This document shows positions 30,699-38,851 of a stretch of 64,000 nucleotides of DNA, piece after piece (within the stretch, counting starts at the first letter, position 1; every line of letters begins with the position of its first letter). This DNA is from Candidatus Parcubacteria bacterium. Its GTDB lineage: Bacteria; Patescibacteriota; Minisyncoccia; Phycocordibacterales; UBA6065. The stretch is from assembly GCA_039796155.1 (NCBI GenBank), contig JBDKKJ010000002.1, positions 31,365 to 95,364 of the forward strand. Reading direction: 5' to 3'. The notes beneath the pieces are model-generated. The model ran no database searches, was not told the origin of the DNA, and saw only the letters and a program-made list of their open reading frames with translations. Position numbers and translations under genes: made by a program.

Positions 30699-30854
30699 AT
30701 AATAGTAAGTTCTTTGATATTACTTGCATGTAGTCATAGCCAAAAGGCCTTATTTCATGAGGCTTCCTGGCTATGACTACCACTACGGTGATCAAGCTCA
30801 ACCAATCGAGCATGCTTCTTAACGAAGCTCGCTCAAAACAGGGAAAGTAATACC

Positions 30855-31511
30855 ATGAATAACATATTCACAATGAGTCAGGGCGCCGGCCAAAAACTTG
30901 AATTCGCGTTCGAACGCAACGACGGAAACACGTCGGACTTGGACTGGCTGTCGACGGGTGAAAACCTCAAGTCGGTCATCCTGCTCGCGCGAGGCGAGGC
31001 GGAATTAACCGTTAAGGCCAAACCTGTCCCAACTCCTGAATCTAAGGTTGCGAGCGACACCATCATCCGTGTCGACCGCTCGGTCAAGCCAACCTATCCC
31101 GACTGGGTGAAGGAAGTCCTTCATCCTGATCTGGAAAAGTCCGGCCCGACCGAATATAGCATCGCCACAATCGACCAATGGCTCCACGAAGGCCAGAAGA
31201 ATGGCAAATGGACCACGGGCAACGTGATCTATGCAAACCTGAAGGACAACGATGAGGTAGCCCTCAAAACCTGTCTCGGACTGCGCGACCTTGAAGAAAT
31301 CCAAAAGAAAGGCATCGCCTTTTTCCGGAAATACTTCAAGGGCAAAGCAGTATTTGGATGGGCTGGTGCTGTGCGGAACCGTCGCGACGACCTGAGTGCC
31401 CCGTATCTCTGCGAGCGCGGTGACGAGGTTGTCCTCGGCTGGAGCTGGGCTGACGGCAGTTGGAGCGGCAACGTTCCAGCTCTCCGCCACGCAAGTAGTC
31501 CTCAAGCCTAA
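30855..31511 (+). CDS. DGR target (variable) protein
   Basis: 3' end contains the VR matching the TR; ends W.W.D..W....PALR, resembling a CLec-type C-terminus. Confidence 0.9.
   Translation: MNNIFTMSQGAGQKLEFAFERNDGNTSDLDWLSTGENLKSVILLARGEAELTVKAKPVPTPESKVASDTIIRVDRSVKPTYPDWVKEVLHPDLEKSGPTEYSIATIDQWLHEGQKNGKWTTGNVIYANLKDNDEVALKTCLGLRDLEEIQKKGIAFFRKYFKGKAVFGWAGAVRNRRDDLSAPYLCERGDEVVLGWSWADGSWSGNVPALRHASSPQA
31370..31494 (+). repeat. DGR variable repeat (VR)
   Basis: 125-bp ungapped match to TR, 18 mismatches, all opposite TR adenines. Confidence 0.97.
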
Positions 31512-31543
31512 GACACTGAGATTTAGCTCTTTGTACTTAGTTC

Positions 31544-31584
31544 TTAGCCCGGCGTCGCGCAAGCGATGTCCGGGCTAATTTTTT
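31544..31584 (+). terminator. hairpin downstream of VR (terminator and/or DGR homing hairpin)
   Basis: TTAGCCCGG-CGTCGC-GCAA-GCGATG-T-CCGGGCTAA followed by T-run. Confidence 0.65.
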
Positions 31585-31891
31585 ATTAAAATAATGAACG
31601 AAGTGAATATATTTTCATTATCCCCTTTGGGGATTTTTTATATATCGATATATAATAATTTCGGTAGTAGGCGAATCTGCCGGCGGTTACGGCTTCTGGC
31701 GGCCGAATCCAGTATCCATGCGCTGAGAGCGAAGGAGATTAAGATTTCTTTCGGAGGGCGCATGCAGACACTTCAAAAAATGAAGCTACTTGGTGCAGAA
31801 TGCTATGGCATTATGATGCCGAATACGATTCAACCCTGAGATCGGCGTGGGCCTTCAAGGGGTGGTGGCATGGAAAGCATTGTGCACGTAG

Positions 31892-32016
31892 TGTGCGGAA
31901 CCGTAACGACAACCTGAATGCCCCGTATCTCTACGAGAACGGTGACAAGGTTGTCCTCAACTGGAACTGGACTGACAACAATTGGAACGGCAACAATCCA
32001 GCTCTCCGCCACGCAA
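31892..32016 (+). ncRNA. DGR template repeat (TR)
   Basis: 12 AAY codons in the VR frame; differs from VR only at A. Confidence 0.95.
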
Positions 32017-32021
32017 CTCGC

Positions 32022-32384
32022 TCATTTCTCTCTGGCTTTGGCTGGGGAGTTTTGTTTGACAAGTTGCCCACTCCATCCTCCGAGGTTTCGGCCAATCTCA
32101 TCAAGTTTCACTGAGAGCTCAATATACTTCTTGTCGTCGAGAGACTTAACTTCCCAAAGAATCATGAGTAAGACATTAAGTGCGTCGAGCTTGCGTATGG
32201 CCAGACGAACGTATGGATATTTTTCCTGGGACGATAGGAAACTGGCGGCGGCGATAGCCTCGATCGCTTCAATAAACAAAGAATCTATGCGATATCCAAA
32301 TGAGTATCTGTCTTGTTTCGGTATATCATTACAAAATCCATGCCACAACAAATAAGTCTCTTTGATTTTCCGCATGACGGGCAA
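32022..32384 (-). CDS. avd: DGR accessory variability determinant (Avd-like four-helix bundle); start uncertain (TTG 32384 or ATG 32375)
   Basis: IPKQDRYSFG.RI...EIGR.LGGW motif; located between TR and RT. Confidence 0.85.
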   Translation of the reverse strand: MPVMRKIKETYLLWHGFCNDIPKQDRYSFGYRIDSLFIEAIEAIAAASFLSSQEKYPYVRLAIRKLDALNVLLMILWEVKSLDDKKYIELSVKLDEIGRNLGGWSGQLVKQNSPAKAREK

Positions 32385-33417
32385 GATTCCGTTGGGGGGG
32401 GGTTCGCCTCAGGGTTCCGGCCACATCAAATGTATTCATACCTACAAGGATATCATTTCTCTTGAAAATCTACTTGAAGCATGGAAAGAATTTAGAAATG
32501 GCAAGCGCAAAAGGAGAGATGTTTTAGAATTCGAGAGGGACCTCATGCAAAACATCATTTCGCTTCATGATGACTTGGTCGCAAAATCTTATAGACACGC
32601 TCATTACAAAGCATTTAAAATAAACGATCCGAAGCCGAGAGATATCCATAAAGCCACGGTGCGTGACAGGTTGTTACATCATGCAATCTATAGGAAACTC
32701 TATCCATTTTTTGATAAAACATTTATTACCGATTCATATTCATGCAGGATGGGTAAGGGGACGCATAAAGCTCTCGACAGATTTAGAAATTTTGCAGGGA
32801 AAGTATCAAAAAATCATACACGTACAGCTTGGGTTCTCAAATGTGATATACGCAAGTTTTTCGCATCAATAGATCAAAAAATCCTGGTATCGATTCTTGA
32901 AAATTATATATCTGACAAGGATATTATTAATCTTTTTTCGCACATCATCAGTAGTTTCCATTCCACAGTGAAAAACGTTGGCCTTCCTCTTGGAAATCTT
33001 ACATCGCAGCTCCTAGTGAATATATACATGAACAGGTTCGATCGGTTCATGAAACACAAATTAAAAACAAAATATTATATCCGTTACGCTGATGATTTTG
33101 TTATCTTGTCTTGCGACAGGATGTATCTCAAAGGATTGATTTCGCTCATCTCGAATTTTTTGAAAGATAGCTTAAAATTGAGGTTACATCCTGATAAAGT
33201 GTTCATAAAGACGTCTGCTTCCGGTGTTGATTTTCTAGGGTGGGTACATTTTTCCAATCATCGAATATTAAGAACAAGTGCAAGGAAAAGAATGATGAGG
33301 AATATCAGGAAGAACTGTGGAAAATCTGAGTCCGTGCAGTCATATCTTGGACTCATACAACACGGCAATTCCTATAAACTTACAAAGGAAATAAGCAGCT
33401 TGACTGTCTTTTTATAG
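32374..33417 (+). CDS. DGR reverse transcriptase
   Basis: KCDIRKFFASID, GLPLGNLTSQ (DGR-type), YIRYADDF, VDFLG; ~350 aa, no maturase or endonuclease tail. Confidence 0.95.
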   Translation: MTGKIPLGGGSPQGSGHIKCIHTYKDIISLENLLEAWKEFRNGKRKRRDVLEFERDLMQNIISLHDDLVAKSYRHAHYKAFKINDPKPRDIHKATVRDRLLHHAIYRKLYPFFDKTFITDSYSCRMGKGTHKALDRFRNFAGKVSKNHTRTAWVLKCDIRKFFASIDQKILVSILENYISDKDIINLFSHIISSFHSTVKNVGLPLGNLTSQLLVNIYMNRFDRFMKHKLKTKYYIRYADDFVILSCDRMYLKGLISLISNFLKDSLKLRLHPDKVFIKTSASGVDFLGWVHFSNHRILRTSARKRMMRNIRKNCGKSESVQSYLGLIQHGNSYKLTKEISSLTVFL

Positions 33418-33569
33418 TGTCCACTCTGTCCACTTTCCCTGTAAATGAGACACTGTCAAAATATGGCATAGGAGTGTCTCATTTGTCTCATTCACACGAA
33501 TATTAGCCCTATTACGGCACAAATGTGACAGTCATAAGACACGTATAAAAGTGTCGGATTTGTCGGATT
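33418..33569. repeat. cluster of TGTC-N5 9-mers (three tandem pairs plus inverted copies)
   Basis: TGTCCACT(C/T) x2, TGTCTCATT x2, TGTCGGATT x2; inverted copies at 33444, 33522, 33533. Confidence 0.7.
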
Positions 33570-33672
33570 TTGACCCGACCGACTTGCTTCATCGCCCAGA
33601 GCCGAGCATAATCCAAAGTATCCTTATGAAGTCTCACTTTACAATTTCCGAGACCGATTCGGGGGACAGATA

Positions 33673-33702
33673 CAAAAACCACAGAGAGATCTGTGGTTTT
33701 TG
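33673..33702. terminator. bidirectional terminator
   Basis: CAAAAACCACAGA / TCTGTGGTTTTTG. Confidence 0.7.
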
Positions 33703-33719
33703 ATTTCTAGGATGTTTTT

Positions 33720-34409
33720 CTATCTTCTTTTACCAAAAATTCTCAGTAGTTTAAGGAATAGGTTTATAAAATCAAGGTAAAGGCTAAGGGCCCCCATAAT
33801 TGATTCTTTTTTATCCTGATCAGAAGCCGCGTTGCCTATAACATTATAATTTTTAATTTTCTGAACATCGTATGCAATAAGCGCGGTGAAAATAAGTATT
33901 CCAACGTATGTAATAACCCAATCGAGCCGCGGATTATTGAGAAACATATTAGCGATAGAGGCGAGTATAATTCCCCAAAGTCCCATAAGTGCAATGTTGC
34001 CGGTTGAAGTTAGATCTCTTTTTGTAACGTACCCATAAAGACTCATACCACCAAACATTCCCGCAGTAATCAAAAATGTTGTACCGATAGATGAGAGGGT
34101 GTAGACGAGGAATATGACCGAGAACGTAATCCCGTTTAAGATTGCATAGAGAACAAAAACGATCGCGGCCTGTGTGCTGGTTATGTGAGTAATTGCCTTT
34201 GAGAGATAGATCACGGCACCAAGTTCCAAGAGAATCAGGATGAAAAAAGTGATTTGGTTACCAATGAATATATTCACTAAAGACTGATTGCTAAAGACAA
34301 TAAACGAGGTAATAGCTGTAACTGAGAGACCAGCAAACATCCAGAGATAGACTCTGTTTATAAAGCTTACGGTTTCGAGTTTAGCCGATTCAACAGTAAC
34401 TTCATTCAT
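33720..34409 (-). CDS. Bax inhibitor-1/YccA-family membrane protein
   Basis: F.NRVY.WM..GL, AYDVQKIK, GAL.LYLDFINLFL.LL. Confidence 0.93.
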   Translation of the reverse strand: MNEVTVESAKLETVSFINRVYLWMFAGLSVTAITSFIVFSNQSLVNIFIGNQITFFILILLELGAVIYLSKAITHITSTQAAIVFVLYAILNGITFSVIFLVYTLSSIGTTFLITAGMFGGMSLYGYVTKRDLTSTGNIALMGLWGIILASIANMFLNNPRLDWVITYVGILIFTALIAYDVQKIKNYNVIGNAASDQDKKESIMGALSLYLDFINLFLKLLRIFGKRR

Positions 34410-34488
34410 TGTTGTGGTGTGAATTGATTAATACTCTAAGTATATATCACTCCTAGCAACCTGATTATGGTTGTTGTAAGGTACGTAT

Positions 34489-34965
34489 ATGGCACGACAA
34501 ACCTATTTACTCCTCCACGATATCCGTTCCGTCTACAATGTCGGCGCTATTTTTCGTACTGCTGATGCTGTGGGTGTAACAAAAATATATCTCACTGGGT
34601 ATACACCAACCCCTGTTGATCGTTTCAATCAACCGCGTCCAGATTTTGCTAAATGCGCTCTCGGTTCTGAAAAAACTGTTGCTTGGGAATATGCGAAATC
34701 ACCAACAGCACTCATCACTCGGCTCAAAAAAGAGGGGATTCAGGTAATTGCTGTAGAGCAAAGCAAAACATCTATTGATTATAAAAAAGTAAAACCAGCA
34801 CAGAAAACTCTGGTGGTACTAGGTAATGAGGTGACAGGTGTTTCAAAATCTATACTTAAAAAATCAGATATCATCGCAGAAATACCTATGCGGGGCATGA
34901 AGGAATCGCTCAATGTGTCGGTGTCTGCGGGAATAGTACTCTTTAGACTTTTTGATAAAGCCTAG
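34489..34965 (+). CDS. TrmH/SpoU-family RNA methyltransferase
   Basis: NVGAIFRTAD, GNEV.G, IPM.G.KESLNVSV. Confidence 0.92.
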   Translation: MARQTYLLLHDIRSVYNVGAIFRTADAVGVTKIYLTGYTPTPVDRFNQPRPDFAKCALGSEKTVAWEYAKSPTALITRLKKEGIQVIAVEQSKTSIDYKKVKPAQKTLVVLGNEVTGVSKSILKKSDIIAEIPMRGMKESLNVSVSAGIVLFRLFDKA

Positions 34966-35927
34966 TAGCTCAGAGCGTCGATAGTGTTTCCTTTGTTATC
35001 AAGGAGGCGAATAATCTCGGCGCTATTTTTCCAAATTCCTGTCGACTGATCAAGGAAGAGTCTCCATTCGTCTTTGTAAAAATCAGCATCAGTTTTATGG
35101 GCGATAGCACACGTGTTGTAGTTGAGTTTTTCACTTACGAAAACTTTACACGCACTTGAAATATCTGAAGGAAACTTTCCTTGATAGATGCGGCAACGGG
35201 GAAGGGTCTGTACAAATGCCACACAAGCACTTTCACCAGCGAGTGTTGTGTTTGCGATTTCTTCGCTCGGGCTTGGACATTCCTTTCTGAGTGCTGGTGT
35301 ATATGTCTGGAATTGACCAAGGTAACCGGTACACATATTTACACGGAATGAAGTTCCAACAGGTGACCTACCTGAAGTTACAATTGCGCGTGCGTTAGGC
35401 GTAAGGGATACAGGGGTTTTAAGGGCGGTTACGCCAAGGGTAAGAAACTCAACCGCTTTTGGAAGGGGTGTGTCTGCTTTTGTGGCTGTTCCACGGAGCG
35501 TTGTGCTTGCGAGCGATACTGATCCTTTGGCATACTCGTTAGCAATAATACGAATATATTCTTCACCAGGATCACTGTTTCGCACACCGGCAAGTCCATC
35601 AAAAGATAATTTTTTTGCGAGGATTGAACTAATTTCAACCTTCTCGGAATTTTTTGCAGGAGCAAAAAATCCTTCGATTGTTGATGTGGTGCCTTTTAGA
35701 AAAATAGTGGGCGCTTCAGGAAGATCAAGTTTGGTTTTTCCGTTACCATCAGAACCAGCGTATGCATTTCCATATGCTTGTCCACTGTTGAGTGGAGCGG
35801 GGGGTTTAAGAAAAACGCCGTCGTGAGCAATTTGTCGCTCTGCACCACCGGTAAAGAACCAGATAAAAGCCAGGCCAACGAGACCCCATATAAACCAACC
35901 GAACTCATCATGTAGTGCTTTAAACAT
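34962..35927 (-). CDS. membrane-anchored Cys-containing hypothetical protein
   Basis: N-terminal TM; EEYI, SFRVN.CTGYL, YN.C motifs. Confidence 0.65.
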   Translation of the reverse strand: MFKALHDEFGWFIWGLVGLAFIWFFTGGAERQIAHDGVFLKPPAPLNSGQAYGNAYAGSDGNGKTKLDLPEAPTIFLKGTTSTIEGFFAPAKNSEKVEISSILAKKLSFDGLAGVRNSDPGEEYIRIIANEYAKGSVSLASTTLRGTATKADTPLPKAVEFLTLGVTALKTPVSLTPNARAIVTSGRSPVGTSFRVNMCTGYLGQFQTYTPALRKECPSPSEEIANTTLAGESACVAFVQTLPRCRIYQGKFPSDISSACKVFVSEKLNYNTCAIAHKTDADFYKDEWRLFLDQSTGIWKNSAEIIRLLDNKGNTIDALSY

Positions 35928-35970
35928 AGGTACTGTTAAGTATTGAGCAGACTGGCCAAAGTATCAAGCT

Positions 35971-36909
35971 CTACTTCTTTATAGGCTTCTGATGCGTACC
36001 GCAGAAGTGCGCGCTTCTTCCGCCCATTTTAAGGCGAATAATCTTTCCTTTGCAGCCTGGTTTTGAACATTTCTCACCAGTTTTTCTGTAGGCATTATGC
36101 TTGTTCTGGAACTCTCCACGTTCACCTTTGATGTTTCGGTAGTCAGACATGGAATCACCGCCGAAATCAATTCCTTTGTTGAGGACATCCTTTGTTACTT
36201 TCAACAAGGCAGGCCATTTTGGTTCGGGAATGTTTTTAACTTTCTCTAAAGGATGAATTCCAGTGAGCCACAGTATTTCATCAGAATAAATATTTCCAAT
36301 TCCGGAAACAATTTCTGGATTCATAAGAACAAGTTTAATGGGACCGTTGGGCTTTTTGAGGACAGCTTCTTTAAATTCTTTTACACCAAAAGAATCTTCG
36401 AGCGGTTCTGGACCATGTGAAGAAAGGTGAGGGGAGGTGTGGAGCTCTGTGCTTTTAATGAGTGTTACTTTTGCGAATTTACGCATATCTGACATCACCA
36501 TATGGGTTTCGTTCGTAAATGCGAGTACGAAATGAACGAATCGATTAAAAGAATCGTTGAGTGCTTTGTTTGTCGGATCAGCAGGTCTCCATGTTTCTCC
36601 CTGAGCATCTTTGTGCGGGAGTTTTTTATATGCGCCATGCATAACATGTCCCGTCATCTTCATGTGAATGAGAATCGTCTTTCCGTTTGAGAGATGGATC
36701 AAGACGTTTTTTCCACGACGTGAAGCGTTTACGATTTTTGCGCCAGTAACTTCTTTTTTAAAGTACGTAAAATAAACAGTGTCTTTGATATTATCCGCAC
36801 CTTTATGCGAAGCACTGTTATAACCACTCCACGCATCAGAAATAGTGAGTCCTTTAAGATATTCATTTATACCGTTAACGGTAGTCTGTACTTCAGGTAG
36901 TTCGGGCAT
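35971..36909 (-). CDS. mutM: formamidopyrimidine-DNA glycosylase
   Basis: MPELPEV, HMKMTG, GIGNIY.DE, C-terminal Zn finger. Confidence 0.96.
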   Translation of the reverse strand: MPELPEVQTTVNGINEYLKGLTISDAWSGYNSASHKGADNIKDTVYFTYFKKEVTGAKIVNASRRGKNVLIHLSNGKTILIHMKMTGHVMHGAYKKLPHKDAQGETWRPADPTNKALNDSFNRFVHFVLAFTNETHMVMSDMRKFAKVTLIKSTELHTSPHLSSHGPEPLEDSFGVKEFKEAVLKKPNGPIKLVLMNPEIVSGIGNIYSDEILWLTGIHPLEKVKNIPEPKWPALLKVTKDVLNKGIDFGGDSMSDYRNIKGERGEFQNKHNAYRKTGEKCSKPGCKGKIIRLKMGGRSAHFCGTHQKPIKK

Positions 36910-36918
36910 GCCGAAAGA

Positions 36919-38190
36919 CTACGCTTGATTTTGCAATTTGAGAAGTTCCTCACGTGCCACCTCAGCGTCACTCCACGGTATTTTGCTGTTGTTTGGACCC
37001 ATAATAAAAGGGTCGGTACCTTTACCTGTAATCAATACAGAGTCACCTGTCTGGGCAAGGGAGAGGGCGGTAGCAATAGCTTCACGGCGATCCATGATGA
37101 CACGCGGAGTCTTCTTTGTGAGAGCACCGGCCATGTCGGTCACAATCTGCTCCGGGTCATCGTCGTACGGATCTTCGTTGGTGAGAATAATTTCATCGCA
37201 TTCGTTTTCTGCAATGAGTGCCATCTCATCGCGCTTCCAAATGTCACGACCACCACCTGTATTTCCTAGGACGCAGATACGGCGGGTTCCTTTGAACACG
37301 TTGTAGAGTTTCTGTAGTGAGTCAGGTGTGTGCGCATAATCAACAACGACAGTAAAGTTCTGACCGGCCTCAATTTTTTGTACACGTCCACGAATCATTT
37401 CTATTTTCTCAATAGCGTTTCGAGCTACTTCAACAGTCACACCCTGTGATTTGGTATAGGTAATAGCGGCGAGTTCATTGTAGATATTGAACTCTCCTGA
37501 AAGAGGAGATTTGATGAGCACACCACCAACGGTCATAGCGAAACCTTCTTTGAAAAGATTGAATGGTTTTGCATCCGCGAGTGTATAAGTGAGCTTTTCA
37601 GTAAAGTTCGGAGCGAGGAATTTTGCAGACTCTACATCATCAGCGTTTGCAACAATGATGCGACGAGCTTTCTTTGAGCCGGCTATAGCGCGGGCGATAC
37701 CTAGCTTTGCCTCAAGATAATTTTCATACGAACCATGCGCCTCAATGTGTTCAGGTGCCATATTGGTAAAGATGAGAGCGTCAAAATCTATGAACTTGTG
37801 GCGTTTCATGAGAGCTCCTTGTGAGGTTGCCTCCATAACCACGTAATCACATTTTGCTTTGACCGCATCACGTAAAAACTTTTGCATAAAGAAACGACCA
37901 GGCATCGACATTTTATAAAGATTGTCTTTAGAGACGGTGTCGACTTTAAATCGAATGGTGTTTGAGAGAGCGGTGCGGTAGCCAGCTTCTTCCAAAATTG
38001 CATTAGTGATTTCACTGACTGATGTTTTTCCTTTAGTACCCGTGACAGCGACTATCTTTATAGAGCGAGAAGGGAATCGATATACAAGAGCGCCCAACAA
38101 AGCCATACCAAAGTGGTATGCAGGCTGAGCAAAGCTAAAAAGAGAAGCAGGAATTATCTTTCGGATGTGGTAGAGGATGGTATCAATCAT
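36919..38190 (-). CDS. murE: UDP-MurNAc-tripeptide synthetase
   Basis: TGTKGKT, VDYAHTPD, GGGRD..KR, TNEDP, TGKG. Confidence 0.9.
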   Translation of the reverse strand: MIDTILYHIRKIIPASLFSFAQPAYHFGMALLGALVYRFPSRSIKIVAVTGTKGKTSVSEITNAILEEAGYRTALSNTIRFKVDTVSKDNLYKMSMPGRFFMQKFLRDAVKAKCDYVVMEATSQGALMKRHKFIDFDALIFTNMAPEHIEAHGSYENYLEAKLGIARAIAGSKKARRIIVANADDVESAKFLAPNFTEKLTYTLADAKPFNLFKEGFAMTVGGVLIKSPLSGEFNIYNELAAITYTKSQGVTVEVARNAIEKIEMIRGRVQKIEAGQNFTVVVDYAHTPDSLQKLYNVFKGTRRICVLGNTGGGRDIWKRDEMALIAENECDEIILTNEDPYDDDPEQIVTDMAGALTKKTPRVIMDRREAIATALSLAQTGDSVLITGKGTDPFIMGPNNSKIPWSDAEVAREELLKLQNQA

Positions 38191-38191
38191 A

Positions 38192-38761
38192 TTATTTTCC
38201 TAACATTTTAAGAGCCTTCTTTACACGTTCACCGGTATCAGTAATAGAAGGGTCAATTTCTTTGAGTGCTTCACGAGCGTCATTGTGTTTATACCCCAAA
38301 GCCTTGAGCGCTTCAAGTGCATCAACTTCGTCACGGAGTGAAATACCCGAATCAGCCTCTGCCTCAAATTTACCTTTGAGTTCATGAACAATCTTTTCTG
38401 CCATCTTCTTTCCGATGCCAGAGACTTTAGTGAGGTGCGACGTGTCGCCGGTCGAAACTGCTTTACGAATATTTGAAACAGAAGATACGTTTAAAATTCC
38501 AAGAGCGGTCTTTGGACCAACGCCAGAAACTGACGATATAAGGAGTTCAAAGAAGTAGAGATCTTCTTTAATAGGGAAGCCGTAAAGTGTTTGTGAGTCT
38601 TCACGTACAGCAAGGTGAGTCCAGAGCGACGCTTCTTTACCTTCCTTTAATCCTTCAATAGTAGGAATAGTGCCGAAGACTTTATAGCCAACACCTGAAA
38701 CGTCTATAACAACGGAACGTTCCTCTTTATCTATAATAGTGCCCCGTAGGTGTGTAATCAT
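38192..38761 (-). CDS. ruvA: Holliday junction protein RuvA
   Basis: GVGY, VRED...LYGF, VSGVGPK, GIGKK.AE. Confidence 0.96.
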   Translation of the reverse strand: MITHLRGTIIDKEERSVVIDVSGVGYKVFGTIPTIEGLKEGKEASLWTHLAVREDSQTLYGFPIKEDLYFFELLISSVSGVGPKTALGILNVSSVSNIRKAVSTGDTSHLTKVSGIGKKMAEKIVHELKGKFEAEADSGISLRDEVDALEALKALGYKHNDAREALKEIDPSITDTGERVKKALKMLGK

Positions 38762-38851
38762 GGCTTTATCATAGAACACAATAGCCAAACGCCCAAGGTA
38801 CGGCTTAAAACTTGCAAAGTTCTCGTCTTCCTGTTAATGTAATCGCCACAT

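Larger units (their letters stand above)
27656..33670. mobile_element. tRNA-Lys-adjacent island: AlbA_2 ATP-binding protein + large serine recombinase + DGR
   Basis: Non-housekeeping block starting at the tRNA 3' end, contains a recombinase; right boundary approximate. Confidence 0.65.

Noticed and set aside
31800-32114. 104-aa ORF resembling the target C-terminus
   Set aside because: It is the TR read in the VR frame (Asn-rich) and overlaps avd; not a separate paralog
32409-32426. In-frame ATG...TGA upstream of avd suggesting UGA recoding (code 25)
   Set aside because: Long genes translate intact under code 11 and TGA ends ORF 6598..7593; no support for reassignment
32374-33417. RT as group II intron, retron or CRISPR-associated RT
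   Set aside because: Short, has LGNLTSQ rather than QG, no maturase or Cas domain, and a TR/VR pair plus Avd are adjacent
27640-33670. Long attL/attR direct repeat of the tRNA-Lys 3' end
   Set aside because: Only short imperfect similarity seen; not enough to call att sites
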